Source: Octopus vulgaris
Lineage: Eukaryota
Direction: 5' to 3'
DNA length: 64,000 nt
Assembly: GCA_951406725.2 (NCBI GenBank)
Contig: OX597830.1
Location: 67,518,001 to 67,582,000 of the forward strand
The position numbers were made by a program, and so were the translations under genes. A model generated the notes under the pieces. That model saw only the letters and a program-made list of their open reading frames with translations. It made no database searches and was not told the DNA's origin. Position 1 is the first letter of the stretch. The number at the start of each line of letters is the position of its first letter. Positions 13,410-26,157 of the stretch are shown one piece after another.

Positions 13410-13662
13410 TGGCACGTAAAAAGCACCAACCGATCGTGGTCGTTGCCAGCCTCCCCTGGCACCTGTGCCGGTGGCACATAAAAAGCACCCACTACACTCA
13501 CAGAGTGGTTGGTGTTAGGAAGGGCATCCAGCTGTAGAAACACTGCCAGATCAGACTGGAGCCTGGTGCAGCCTCCTGGCTTCCCAGACCCCGGTCGAAG
13601 CGTCCAACCCATGCCAGCATGGAAAACGGACGTAAACGATGCCAGCATGGAAAACGGACGTA
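13410..13662 (+). mobile_element. (GAT)n-family SINE-like repeat with duplicated 3' end
   Basis: Near-identical to 11183-11317. GCCAGCATGGAAAACGGACGTAAA occurs twice. Confidence 0.8.
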
Positions 13663-13715
13663 AAATATATATATATAATATATATATATATACAAAGGCA
13701 AACAATTCGTGAGAA

Positions 13716-13818
13716 GAAAAATGTAATTCTCGAAAATTAATTTGCTTAGACATTATTAATTTTGTTAAAAAATGTAATTCTCGAAAATTAATTTGCTCAG
13801 ACATTATTAATTTTGTTA
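13716..13818. repeat. Tandem duplication of about 51 bp
   Basis: AAAAATGTAATTCTCGAAAATTAATTTGCTYAGACATTATTAATTTTGTTA twice. Confidence 0.85.
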
Positions 13819-14019
13819 TCATCTGGAATGACTATTATAAAAAGGATGATAACAGAATCAATAATATAGGCGACTGCAAGCCCTGAAAAAGCATTAAATA
13901 GCTGAAGGATTATAATTAGAATTAAGTTATCATCAGTGTTAATTTTTGGCAATTTAAATAAGAGTTTTGACTGTTATTTCCAGCAGACAGACATACATAT
14001 ATATTCTTTTATTTCTTTT

Positions 14020-14347
14020 ATTCTTTTACTTGTTTCAGTCATTTGACTGTGGTCATGCTGGAGCACCACCTTTAGTCGAGCAAATCAACCGCAGGACTTA
14101 TTTTTTGTAAGCCTAGTACTTATTCTATCGGTCGCTTTTTACCGAACCGCTAAGTTATGGAGACATAAACACACAAGCATCGGATGTCAAGCGATGTTGT
14201 GGGGGACAAACACAGACATACAAGCACACACACTCACATATATATACGATGGGCTTCTTTCAGTTTCTGTCTACCAAATCCACTCACAAGGCTTTGGTCG
14301 GCCTGAGGCTATAGTAGAAGACACTTGCCCAAGGTGCCACGCTGTGG

Positions 14348-14350
<3 letters not shown>
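14020..14350 (-). mobile_element. tRNA-derived CORE-type SINE, 5'-truncated
   Basis: Reverse complement of the family at 44827, 52462 and 61208. Confidence 0.85.
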
Positions 14351-14393
<43 letters not shown>

Positions 14394-14480
14394 CTGAAAT
14401 TTATAGAAAAATAAAGACGATGACAGGTGTATGAAAAACAAGCAAGTGTATTAATTTGAAGAACGGGAAAAATAAAAAGT

Positions 14481-14517
14481 CTTTTACGTTTCAAGCCTAC
14501 GCTCTTCAACAGAAGAG
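14481..14517 (-). ncRNA. Degenerate minimal hammerhead motif
   Basis: Minus strand: CTCTT-CTGTTGA-AGAGC-GTAG-GCTT-GAAACGTA-AAAG. Related to 35411-35449. Confidence 0.4.
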
Positions 14518-14584
14518 AATAAAAGAAATTAAACAGAGAGAGAATGAAAAGAGCTTGTAGAATTCAGCAAATCAACATGGACCA

Positions 14585-15890
14585 GGTGTATATCCTGGGT
14601 GTATCAACAAAATTGTCCAAACTTTGGTTTCAAACATTTGATTCATAGAAATGACATTTTCATAAATAATTAACCATAGCTCAGTATTCAAAGCTCATAG
14701 ATGATTCGAGTAAAGATCGAATAGAAACTTCAAGATTTATTTTGAGGTGCCAAAGATATGCCTAGCTGAAATCCTACCTGTTCGGCATCAAGATTTGCTC
14801 CTCTTTTGGCGATGACTTCCTCAACACTCTACCGAACTGCACTATAAGCTCTCTTAATGAATTCCTTATCAATGCTCTCCTCCCATGGATGTTTTGCAGG
14901 TGTGCAAGTTACTGTGAATCTTCACTTTTTCTTATCAGTTCATCCCAGATGCTGACGTCTAGATGGTTCAAATCCTCAAACCTGTTCTCAAGCTCATCCC
15001 TGAGGAACTTTCCAGCCACTGTACTTGATAGACAAGGACATGTAAACTTGAAATCCTTAGCGAAATTGTTGGGGTATCCCTCGTGATTTGTCTCAGGATA
15101 TTAAGAAAGAATCCAGGTTTTTACATCTTTCAAAATCTGAACATAACAAACTCCTGTCAGTCTTCTCAAACATAATCAGTTGCATTTTCATGCCATCAGA
15201 GGCCACATGGCGAAAAGCATCATCTTAGTAGCGTTTTGCACCAAAAAATGACACTTTTGGCTCTCTCTCCTGAGGAGCTGAAGCCAAAACGTGGTTGTTG
15301 CATGTTTGTATGCTTATCTTGGGTGAAAATCTCATTTGAGCAAAGCTCAATCTAGGGTTGTGTTTCCCGTTGTTCAACATGATCTTCACTCTCTCCAACC
15401 TTCTAACCTTTTGTCCCGGAGTAACAAGGTACCTCACAGGTCTCAGTACTACTTCCTTTTCAAGTCTTTTATCACCATTCTTGGAAATTTCGTAGCCGAA
15501 AATCCACTCTTATGTGCCAAATGTCTTATGGATTGAGATGGATCTCTTCTGACCGATCTCTTCAGGTCCAGATTAAAATGATGATCTCTTTTGTAGTTAT
15601 GACATCCTGATCCAGCTCCCCTCCTTCTCTATACCCACATTTTCAAACTTATTCACAATTCTTTTGTTGGTTTTTAAAAGGATTTTGAAGATGGAAGCCA
15701 GAGAATGAATATTGGTACCATTACTGAAGGCCTGGATGATCTTAGTCCTCTCAACATTTCTCATTTTGGAAGAGATACTGAGGCTGGCACAAAACTATTG
15801 CAGCCTGTACTCTTTCTTTGCAAAATATCTCAAGGAGTAATTGACTGATTCTTACAGAAACTGGTGTCAGTATGACCAGTCGTTTCATCT
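14585..15890 (-). mobile_element. Degraded Tc1/mariner-superfamily transposon
   Basis: About 1.3 kb. Fragment LVTPGQKVRRLERVKIML resembles the Tc1/maT L.T...K..RL.R.K motif. No intact TIR pair seen. Confidence 0.5.
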
Positions 15891-16387
15891 GGAAATCCTT
15901 ATATATATATATATATAAACTAGCTAGTTAAATACAATCTATTATCAGAGATAAAGCGGTATTTATACTGGGAGTTTACCGCCACCTAAATACGGGTGTT
16001 CTCTTGGAACCGACGATACTGCTAGTTTAGCTCCAGCTTGTTATTCAATGCACTCTGCACTTGATATATATTACAAGAGTGGAGATAGCTCCCTACTATT
16101 TTAGCCCCGAGATTACTAGGCCGTATGGTTTGGATCTCCTTATGGTCATCCTTGGTGGTGGATACTCATCTGCGAGACATAGCAGTAGTTCTCCCCTTCT
16201 CACAATATATAGAAAATTTACTGCTCTGTGTAAAATCTGCTTTCATTTCTTATATGCGTTTTCTTAACTTGCTAGTATGCTTGTTGCAAAATCAGACACT
16301 GCATGTCACACCTTTTAAACACCCCTGTTTCAGATAGTGATAAACATTACATAAACATTACTTCTCCCTCTCTCTCTCTTTCTTTTT

Positions 16388-16427
<40 letters not shown>

Positions 16428-19400
16428 TTGTCACTCTGTATATATCTACACACACACACATATATAATTGAAGAAATTGAAGTCATGAAAAGGGAGTACT
16501 GTTGGACATTTGTTTGTTATTCACTACATAGTTCTCCAAGGATACAAGTATTTAATTATGCAACTGTTTGCTTGCATAAAGAGATCTAGTTGTGTTTCCT
16601 CAGGCGGTATACAAGTATTATCTCTGTTAGTTTAAAATCTTCCACTTCAAGGCCATTCTTTCTGTTTGTAGTAGTTTGAATTTGGTTGTGGCTGAGAACC
16701 TCATGGTGTGAACTCTGATAGCATGTTTGTCCGACTACTATTGAGGGTAGTGTGTGACACAGGCTAAACCTTCAGTGGTATTGACTTCTGTTTGGCTGTA
16801 TTTCCCATTTGTTCTGCATGGTTGGCTGCACATGTGAATTTCCCACTATGACCTTTAGTAGTCATTGGTCAGATACATACACACATACACATAGAGAGAA
16901 TCACACATACATTCACACACACAAATCTACTTATATATTCCCATATATAAACTCACTGAGTAGATGATGAAGGGCTGAGACTTCTCACGATTTGCTAGGC
17001 TTGAAAAAAACATGTCAAGCAAAGTAAAATCGTGGTCATCCATACATACAGGCATGTCCTGTACGACCATGACTGTCCCTTCACATTCTTATGCCACATA
17101 TACTCTATGCTACTTATACACTTCCCTGCCACTGTTCTACTTATACACTTCCCTGCCACTGTTCCATATAGGTAACCCCCCCTCTCTCTCTCACACACAC
17201 ACATACACACACACTTACTATTTTTCTCTCTCTCTATTTCTCACACTCACACACTTACTATCTTTCTCCCTCTCTCTCTCTCTCATCTCACTACCCTTTC
17301 TTGTCATATTGGGTTACCAAGTATGTCCTCTGTGGTAAGACTGCTATCCCTGTCCTTCTATCATAATCCAACTTCTCTCTCTAAGCTGAGATATTCTTGT
17401 TTTGCAAATTATTTGGAAACCCCATAGATGCTGGTGCCACATAAAAAGCATTCGTGCTAGCTCTACCTCAAAATCATTAACGTCTGCATCTCATAACAGG
17501 CACCCATGCCAGTGTCACATAAAAATGCATCTGTACCAGCCCCATGAAAGGGATCATCGATGCTACCACCATGTAAAAAAGCCACGTATTTTGATCTCTT
17601 TATTATAGGATTAAAAATACGTATTAAGAGTCAAAAAAGATGTTTGATATGTTCCCTCCAAAAATTATCATTTAAAGAACTTGAAGGTCTCTAATGACCA
17701 TGTAAATTCCAGGAACAAGGTTTCTTCTTTACATCTGCATTTCAAAAAATGCATCTTAGCAGAAATTAAAGATAGACCATTGGACACATCATAAACCATT
17801 CCAATTTGATCTGTGTAATTGTTATATGAATAATGTTTGTTGTAACATTGGTTATCTCCCCTGTGCTTTCCTCTCTGCATTCTTTCTTTCTGCCTTTTTC
17901 TAAATGAGCGTTCGTATTCAGTTGTCAACTGCTTTGAATGCAACTGAATAAGTGTCTTGTTATTACCAGCTTGAAAAATGGTGAAATAAATTAATATTTC
18001 AACCAGGAAACCCTGATTAGTTTTATTCCATAAGAGTTGGGGTTTTATTATACTAATAATTTCTTTACTTTCTTAGCTGATTGAGTGCTATATGAATTGT
18101 TGAAGCCTTACCATAATATATATATATATATATATATATATGCACGTGCACACACGCACAAACATATAATAATGTAGTAATATAATCCTTTTACTTCTAT
18201 CTTCCCTGCTGGCATGGGTTGGATGATCCAATAGGATCCACTGATTTGGAGGACTGTTTTGAGCTCCACTGTGATTTCTATTTAAAGCAAAAAGAGAAAA
18301 CTAATCAGAGAGTATAATTATGAAGTTGAATGGCACTGGCTTCATAAACAAAGGAAGAAAGACTTTGAAGAATGTACTTATAGTTGGACATTACTAAGCC
18401 TCTTACATTGGAAGATAAACACCCAGTGAACTGAGGCAGTCACCTGGTTTTAATTCTCAGTTTCAAGTCCTAGTTTCAGTTTCTGTTTGAAGAGAAATAA
18501 GAAGTTATCATAGCTTTGTATTTCTCTTCCAATAAAATTGTTGTCATGTGCTTCGTATAAAACAACCAAGATGATAAGTACTATTAAACATCATCATTAT
18601 CATTTAAACATCTATTTTTCTGTGGTGACACATTGTTGCATAGGTCAATTCTATTGTATATCACAAATCCTGTTGACCCTGCATAATTTTATTTGTTAAA
18701 CCCTGCATTCTCATGTCACAGTTCACCATTTCTTCCAGTACCTCATAATTAGTTATACTCTTCTCTATATACCTCCATTTTCTCAGCCAAACCTCTCAAT
18801 GTATAAAATGCATCAGAGACAAAGTGGGGTTAACATACAATGACTTTGTTGGCTTTGAATGAGCCATATTTCTTTAAGCTATATTCTATTATGAATATGT
18901 CATATGGAATCACCTTATGCAGGTTATTCAGAAATCTTATGGAATTATTAGATCCAGTTCCAAATATTAGCAGCCTGATAGAAAGAAAGTTTAGAATATT
19001 AGTTTTAAAAGGTCTAACAAGACTGGAGTTGCAACTTATTTTCATGGGAGCTACAAAATATTCAATAACAGGATCATTCAACTGTTTTCTATACTCATTT
19101 TCCATTCTTTTTAGCCATTTTTTAAAAGTATATGAGAGATACTGTATACATTTCATAATCTGACATAGCTTACAAGTTTTAAACAGTTATTTAAATTGAT
19201 TGAAATTCTGTTTTCATCATATTTAAATTGGTTGAAATTCTGTTTCAACCCAGATGATTTCATTCATTCATTCATATTCCATCCATTCATATTCCAGTGT
19301 ACCATACTAAAAACTATAAATAAGATTAAAAGAAATCATGTGTCTTTGTTAATATGGATTGGATTATCACCACCAGATAATCATGTCTCCATTCATGTTT

Positions 19401-19535
19401 TGCACTACAAGTATTCACTTATGTCTTCAAGGTATAATTTGTTGTAAAATTTGAGACTCCATGTTATAGAATTAATGTTAAACGGAACTCCATCATTCCT
19501 TCAAACATTCAAATTACATCTTTTTTTTATTTCAG

Positions 19536-19573
19536 GATATAAAGAAATGGATGCAGGAAAACATAAAATTGAG
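19536..19573 (+). CDS. TRPM: TRPM channel N-terminal micro-exon (DIKKWMQENIKLR)
   Basis: Polypyrimidine-TTTCAG acceptor and GTAAT donor. Matches the TRPM W..ENIK.R motif. Its phase 2 end joins the next exon in frame. Confidence 0.75.
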
Positions 19574-20429
19574 GTAATACAAAAAATATGTCCCTGGTTT
19601 TCAGTTGTGGTATATAGTGAGTTGAAAAACTTTGATCAGCTGAAATTATCCCAGTACTTAGTAGACAACTTCTTCTAAGGATGTCAATAAGGGAGATAAC
19701 TCTTAAGCTTACGTGTTGATTTTCATATGTCTCTTTTTATATGCTTGAGAGATACTAATAATGGGAGGCCATTGTTAGCCAAGATACTGGTAGGGTATCT
19801 TGTGTCTCCCATTATAAATTTAAATCCAGTCAAAGTATCAAGTTGAAGACAAAGTGAGATAACAAATCTGAATAACATTTATTTACAGGCTCGAAGTTTG
19901 GCTCTCATTAACCATCACTAGCGCAGTGTATCGTCTGGCATGTTGTATGTGTGATACAGTGGGTTGCTGCTAGTGAGATGAGCTGATTCTAGCATGAGAG
20001 GCGTGCGGGAACAGAGAATGAACACACTCAAGAGCTGTCTTATATAGGTGTCCTTCAGGAAAGGCCTACTGTCTCATTGCGTATGCCCACCGGAAGTTTG
20101 TGAGATCTTGCTCTGGTCTTGAGCAGCTAACGGCTGCCAGTGAGAGCTCAATATGGTGTGTCTGTCACTCAATATCACAAAAATCGATTCCAGGTGAGAA
20201 TGCGATCGATAAAGCCATGGGAACGTGCATTTGTATGTGCAAGTACATCAGCTGTTGCGATCGATACTACATATACGCGAGAAAATGCACGTGCAGTTTG
20301 TGCAAAAAAAGCCGGCTGGCTTGAAATAATGCCACAAAATGGGACGGTCGGACAAGTTGTTTTGAGAAAATTTGGTTTAAATGTTTGACAACTCAGCGCC
20401 ATCCATTGAACGGAGGGTCGGGGCGTTTT

Positions 20430-20475
<46 letters not shown>

Positions 20476-20712
20476 TATATATAATATCTTAATCATATCG
20501 AAGGGAAATGGAAATTGATAGAAATTTTCACTTTCAGTGGCCTAGCGTGTAAAAATTTAGTCCAAAGACTATGTACTACTCATAAAATACAGTGTACATT
20601 TAAACACATAAGAAATCCACTCGTGGGATTCAACACGCTAGAAAGAACAGCTAGGTTCCATAACCACAAAATTAAGGATAAAATTCGACAGGAACAAAAT
20701 GAAAAAATAAAA

Positions 20713-20878
20713 ACTTTTACCATCTAGTTTCCTGGACCAATTGGTTTCTGATTTGCCTCATGTTTCATATATTTAATCTAAGGTGTACCTGTTGAAGAAG
20801 ATTTCACCTAGCGAATATTATTTATTTGCTAAACTAAAATCAGAAACCAACTGGTCCAGGAAACTAGATGGTAAAAGT
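20713..20878. repeat. Inverted repeat of about 40 bp with about 85-bp spacer
   Basis: ACTTTTACCATCTAGTTTCCTGGACCAATTGGTTTCTGATTT versus AAATCAGAAACCAACTGGTCCAGGAAACTAGATGGTAAAAGT. Confidence 0.85.
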
Positions 20879-21381
20879 GTGTGTATCAATGATATCCAGG
20901 TAGGGTTACAAGAGACTAACTAGCTCTTAGACGCAGAGGCTATTTTAGTAGTGGTTGAAAAGGCAAAGAGAAGACACAGCACATCTGTGTGTCAGAATTT
21001 GATGTATATTGGTGACTTCATGCCAGTCAATTGAGTAACCTTTTTCTGGATGTTGTCTTATGATACCTGTATGTGTAGCAGAAGCACCATCCCAGATGTA
21101 GAATCTCTATTCGACTGTGTACCCCATTTTCTTCATTTACTTCTGACGGTAAAATAACTTCTTGTATTCCTTTCAGTTTATTTAAAATTAATCATTATTT
21201 TATTTAACTAAATTAAAAGATGTTTACTTCCATGAATGGATTTATGTATCTACATCTGTGGATCTTTGTATCTTTCATTGGAGTTGTTCTTTTTCTCTTG
21301 ATTTTGTTATTTTCCTTTTTCTACCTTCCCCATCACAACTTTATTTCAGTTGTTCATTTGGTTTCTGTTTGTCTTTGATAG

Positions 21382-21466
21382 AAACGCTACAGATGAAGAG
21401 CCATCAAAACCCTGTGATGCATTTGGTGAGATAAAGTTTCCAGAAGATGGTTGGAATATTGCAAAG
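21382..21466 (+). CDS. TRPM: TRPM exon (NATDEEPSKPCDAFGEIKFPEDGWNIAK)
   Basis: AG/GT boundaries; matches the TRPM P.DAFG.I.F motif. Confidence 0.9.
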
Positions 21467-21699
21467 GTAATTGCTTTTAATGTTTTTCTTTTTAATTTTT
21501 ATTGCTAACGTTTGTCAGTAGAAATTTTATTGAATAATTAGTTCATGATTTTGCCAAAGAATTTCAATAGCAGCAACAATTTACATGCATTTTTAAAAAT
21601 ATATTTACATACCTTTTCCTTTTCTGGTACAGTTGGCTCTTATTTTTCCTATTGGTGAGTAATAATGGATAGCAGTACACTTGCACTTAATGATTCTGA

Positions 21700-23050
21700 A
21701 AAGAAAGAAGTGTAAAGGTGACCTCGTTAAAGGTTCATATATGTGGAGATGGCATGAAAGAAAGGTCTTTCAAATATGGACTCAACAGAGGGACTAGTAA
21801 TTCTAGATGGTAGCAGTATCATAAATAAAATACTGAAGAATATAAAAGCAGGAAAAACTCCATGAACCATTAGGAATGACTGCTATAATGTTTAAAATAC
21901 TTTGCAGTGTGGGTTATGGCTTAGTTACTTGTATAGTCAATCAGATTATACAGGAAAGTGGTCTGCCCAGTGACAGGCATTACATTATTACAACCGACTA
22001 TCACAAGGATAAAGAAGATACTAGAGAAAGGTAATCACAGAAGTATCAAATAGCTGGACAAAGTTATGGGAACAACTACAGCTCAAATAATTAGAGAAAA
22101 AGTTACACTAGACGAGATATAGTTTGGTTTTTTATTAGGGACAAGTACTAGAGAAGTCTTTTCTTTTTTAGCGAAGTAACTGCTGCAGAAGCATTTAGTT
22201 AAAAGTAAGCTGCTCTACTGAACATTCATTGGCCTGCAGAAAACCTTTGACAGAGATCCTTATTCTATGATGGTAGTTATAGAGGGAGATAGCAGAAGCC
22301 AAATGGCTTGTGATAGCCACACAAACCCTGTATAGAATGGCTGTTAGAAATAAATTCCACGCAGTGTCCTCAGTGAAAACTATAGAAACACAGGAGTTGC
22401 ATAGTATCACAGACAGTTTAATAGAGAAAGTAAACTTCATATGCAGCTGATGCACATGCAAAAAAATTCTATATGTACATGGGAAATAGATTTTGTGAAA
22501 TGCCCAGGATGATCCTTAGACAGAAAAGATAGTTATTATTACATAGCAGTGGAGAATGTTGTTCGGAAATTATAACGACTAGAATAAAAATTAGGCTGGA
22601 GAAATTTGAAGGAGTTTTACCTTTTGTTGGTAACAAAACATTTCTCTCATAATGAAAAACTGATGGTATGATGATTATGTACGAACGACAGTGCTACATA
22701 GTAATGAGATGTGGACTCTAAACACAGTGGATATGCGAAGATGTATAAAATCTGTGTATATGAACAATAATGTACAAACATATTGAGAAAAATGTGAGCA
22801 GAAAAGGAATCGATGTTTTGTTCAAGACTGTACGAATATGTTCATGGATGCTTTTGGGTGAGGTTAGCTGTATAACGAAATGCTGTTTACTGAAAATCGA
22901 TGGAACTTGTGGAAAAGGGAGATTGGGGTTGACATGAGATGAAATAGTGATCTTAGAACTTTAAATTTCACAGAGATAACAAAGAGGACACCTGACCATA
23001 TGCGGTGCTTGAGAAGGCCACACATCTTGACTAAACAAAGGTTCTAGAAT
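21700..23050 (+). mobile_element. Old RTE-like LINE remnant
   Basis: Degenerate similarity to the 5820-7030 and 8505-11830 family. Confidence 0.6.
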
Positions 23051-23780
23051 CATAATGTCTATATATACTCTACCACTACCTCACTTAAATTCTTCATAAA
23101 ACTTTCACCCCCTTCATTTTCCTATCACTGCTCTCTCCATCACTTTCCTAACTGCAGTATTTTGCTGCTATAGTTAACTGGGGAAAATAAATGTATATAT
23201 CATCTACTCTTCTGTGATATCAGTTATCTTTCTTACTACCAAAAACTGCTTCATTTTATGTCGATGCTTCATTCTTAACATTGTCCCTCTCCACTCTTAT
23301 TTTACACTGAGTATCCCCCACCTTTTCAATGCTATCAAATTACCTTTCCTTTTCCCTCTTCACTGAACCAACTTCCCTCCACACTACATCTTACACTCCA
23401 TTTGAGGGGGTCTTGTACTGCAAGTTACTTGGTGACCTCATGGTTGCTGCAGTCACGTAAAGAGCACCCAGTACACTCAGTAAAGTGGTTGGCATTAGGA
23501 AAGGCATCCAGTTGTAGAAACCATGCCAAAATAAACTGAAGAGCTTGGTGTAGTCTTCTGATTTGCCTGTCCCCGCAAATCATCCTACTCACACTAGCAT
23601 GGTAAATGGACATTAAATGATGATGATGTTAATGATGTTATATACATATGTGTGTGAGAACCTGCTGCATGTGTGTGTGTGCGCATGTGTGTGTTTGTGT
23701 GCGTGTATGCATGTAAATGGGGGTCCTGGAAATAGCCTTTTCACACTTTAAGAGGTTTCAGGCATGCGCATTGCTTTATA

Positions 23781-23828
<48 letters not shown>

Positions 23829-23847
23829 CTACAAGGATATCCAGAGG

Positions 23848-23939
23848 TAATGCAGTACAATCGTTTCAAGCAACTCCATTTAATTCAACAATGCAATCAT
23901 TACATCAATTTAAATGCAGAGCAATCCTCAGCTGCATTA
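23848..23939 (-). ncRNA. Hammerhead-like motif, left arm of an inverted pair
   Basis: Minus strand: TAATGCAG-CTGAGGA-...-GAAAC-GATT-GTA-CTGCATTA. Perfect 8-bp stem I; weak base of stem II. Confidence 0.6.
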
Positions 23940-24229
23940 AGACATATTTTACCTAAATTTTCCTGGAGGGTAAGGAGATAGATAAAGAACATGATGTTTT
24001 CACTTCAGCTACAAAGGTATCAGGAAGAAAGACTAATTACAGATTTGCTTGTCATTGTTTTATGGGTTCAGTTTTAATTTATAGACTAGTTTATCACAAG
24101 GAGCAGTGCCTGTTAGGAAGGAGGCTGAGGGAGTCGACAGAAATCATAGTAGGTATAGTCATAAAAAACTGTCAAGATTTATTTGAAGCAATATCATGAG
24201 ATTTGCTAATTTAATTAAATTATGTGTCT

Positions 24230-24321
24230 TTATGTAGCTGAGGATTGCTCTGCACTTAAATTGATGTAATGATTGCATTGTTCAATTAAATGGAGTTGCT
24301 TGAAACGATCGTACAGCATTA
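24230..24321 (+). ncRNA. Hammerhead-like motif, right arm of an inverted pair
   Basis: TTATGTAG-CTGAGGA-...-GAAAC-GATC-GTA-CAGCATTA. Palindromic GATC loop; stem I has mismatches. Confidence 0.55.
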
Positions 24322-24794
24322 CCTCTGGATATCCTTGTTGCTTATTTTGATTTTAATCACCTTATTTTGAAATTGATGGATAATACCGTACTAAGTTCTG
24401 GTGCCTCAACATAAGTACAATATTCATCTGAATTCATATATATATATATAAATATAATGAAAGTCAGGAGGTATGAGATGGCTATATTTATTTCACCAGT
24501 TGATATCTGTAGGATGATGATTGTTTTCCAGTCAACATATTATGATAAATAATTATTACAATAAAATCAATGTCCAATATTCAATGAAATTGTTGCTTGA
24601 ATTGTCTTAACTTCATCTGAGACAGGATAAACCTATAACTTCTCAATTATTTAACGTCAAATACCACAATCTCTATATTATGGATACATACAATAAAACA
24701 TTACAATAAAATTTATTCACTAAATTGCTTTTTCCCATTATATTAAACATTAGATTACGTAAATCTGTTTTTTATTTCTTTTTCTCTCGTACAG

Positions 24795-24975
24795 TTTGTC
24801 CGTGTGGATCACCAAATCTCTATGGAAACTACAATTGATTTGATAAAACGCCTATGGTATTCATCATTGCCAAACTTACTTATTTCTGTGATTGGAGAAA
24901 GACAAGACTTTCAGTTGGATCCATTTGCTAGAGAAGCTCTTGGGCGTGGTTTGGTTAAAGCTGCACAAATCACAG
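24795..24975 (+). CDS. TRPM: TRPM MHR1/2 exon (FVRVDH...LPNLLISVIGER...GLVKAAQIT)
   Basis: AG/GT boundaries, 181 nt, phase-compatible with both neighbours; PNLLISV and GLVKAA motifs. Confidence 0.95.
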
Positions 24976-25009
24976 GTATAAAGTTTTATTTAATAATAAC
25001 AACAACAAT

Positions 25010-25150
25010 AATCTTTTCTATTATAGGCACCAGGCCTGAAATTTTGGGCAAAATCGACCTCGGTGGAATTTGAATTCATAACACAGCGGTAAACGGAATA
25101 CCACTAAGCATTTCAACCGACGTGCTAACGATTCTGCCAGCTTGCCGCCT
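25010..25150 (-). mobile_element. tRNA-derived (AAT)n-tailed SINE, internally deleted
   Basis: Head GGCGGCAAGCTGGCAGAATCGTTAGCAC. Same family at 26155-26365(-) and 57655-58890(+). Confidence 0.75.
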
Positions 25151-25189
25151 TTACAACAACAACAACAACAATAATAGTGAGAATGGAAA

Positions 25190-26080
25190 CAAAGTTGGGG
25201 TATCACCTGGGAAGAGGTACGGGAACAAAAATTGGAGCAGAACTGGACAGCCTAGTCCAGTCTGTCTGGATTTCCCCCAATGATATTAAGATGGAGTTTA
25301 GACTCTCAAAATGTGCTACAATGGTGATGAGATGAGGAAAGCTTGCCAGGACAAAAGGTACAGGTTTATCAGGTGGTGAAATGATGAAGGCAAGTCAACC
25401 TCAATCCAATTATAAATACCTGAGAATACTTGAGGCAGATAGAATCAAACACAATGACATGAAGAAAAAGACAAAAAGAGAGTACCTGCGGTGAGTGAGA
25501 ATAAATATTGCCTTCAAACGGAATGCCAGAAACATAATTTCAGCAATAAATTCGGGCGCAATCGCAGGAGTTTGATATGGCAATGGAATCATGAAGTGGA
25601 CAGAGAGGGAGGAGCTAAAGGAGATGGACAGGAAGTCAAGAAAGATGCTACCGATGCATGGAGCCCATCATCCACGTGCAGACACTGATCACCTGCACAT
25701 GAAGAGAGCCAATGGATACAGGGGACTGATAAGTGTGAAAGACTGCGTCCATATCGAAATCGAGAGCTTAATGAGATACCTAGTCCAAAGTAATGAAACC
25801 TTGCTAGTGACAGTTAGGAATGAAGGAGTATTTAGAGCAGAGAAAAAGGGAAAACAAAGGAAGAAGTACAAAAATTGAAGAATTACACCAGAAGGGACTA
25901 CGCAATCAATTCCATGTAGCCATAACAGAAGTTGCTGGAAAATAGGTGGGAGTGGCTGATGAAAGTAACTCTAAAAGAGAGACCGAGAGCACTATACTGG
26001 TAGAGCAAGACCAAAGCATCAACCTGAGAAATGAGAAAGTGTCTCCACTGTACTGCATCTGCAATAGAGTAGATAAAGAG

Positions 26081-26157
<77 letters not shown>

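Noticed and set aside
13716-17165. Short tandem duplications (51 bp twice, 27 bp twice) as a CRISPR-like array
   Set aside because: Only two adjacent units each, no spacers, eukaryotic context.
18830-19163. Overlapping ORFs of about 108 aa on both strands; IRLLIFGTGS faintly resembles a Polinton ATPase and EYFVAP a TRP-domain segment
   Set aside because: No Walker A GKT/S, no W..QR or LPPP motif, and no convincing splice context.
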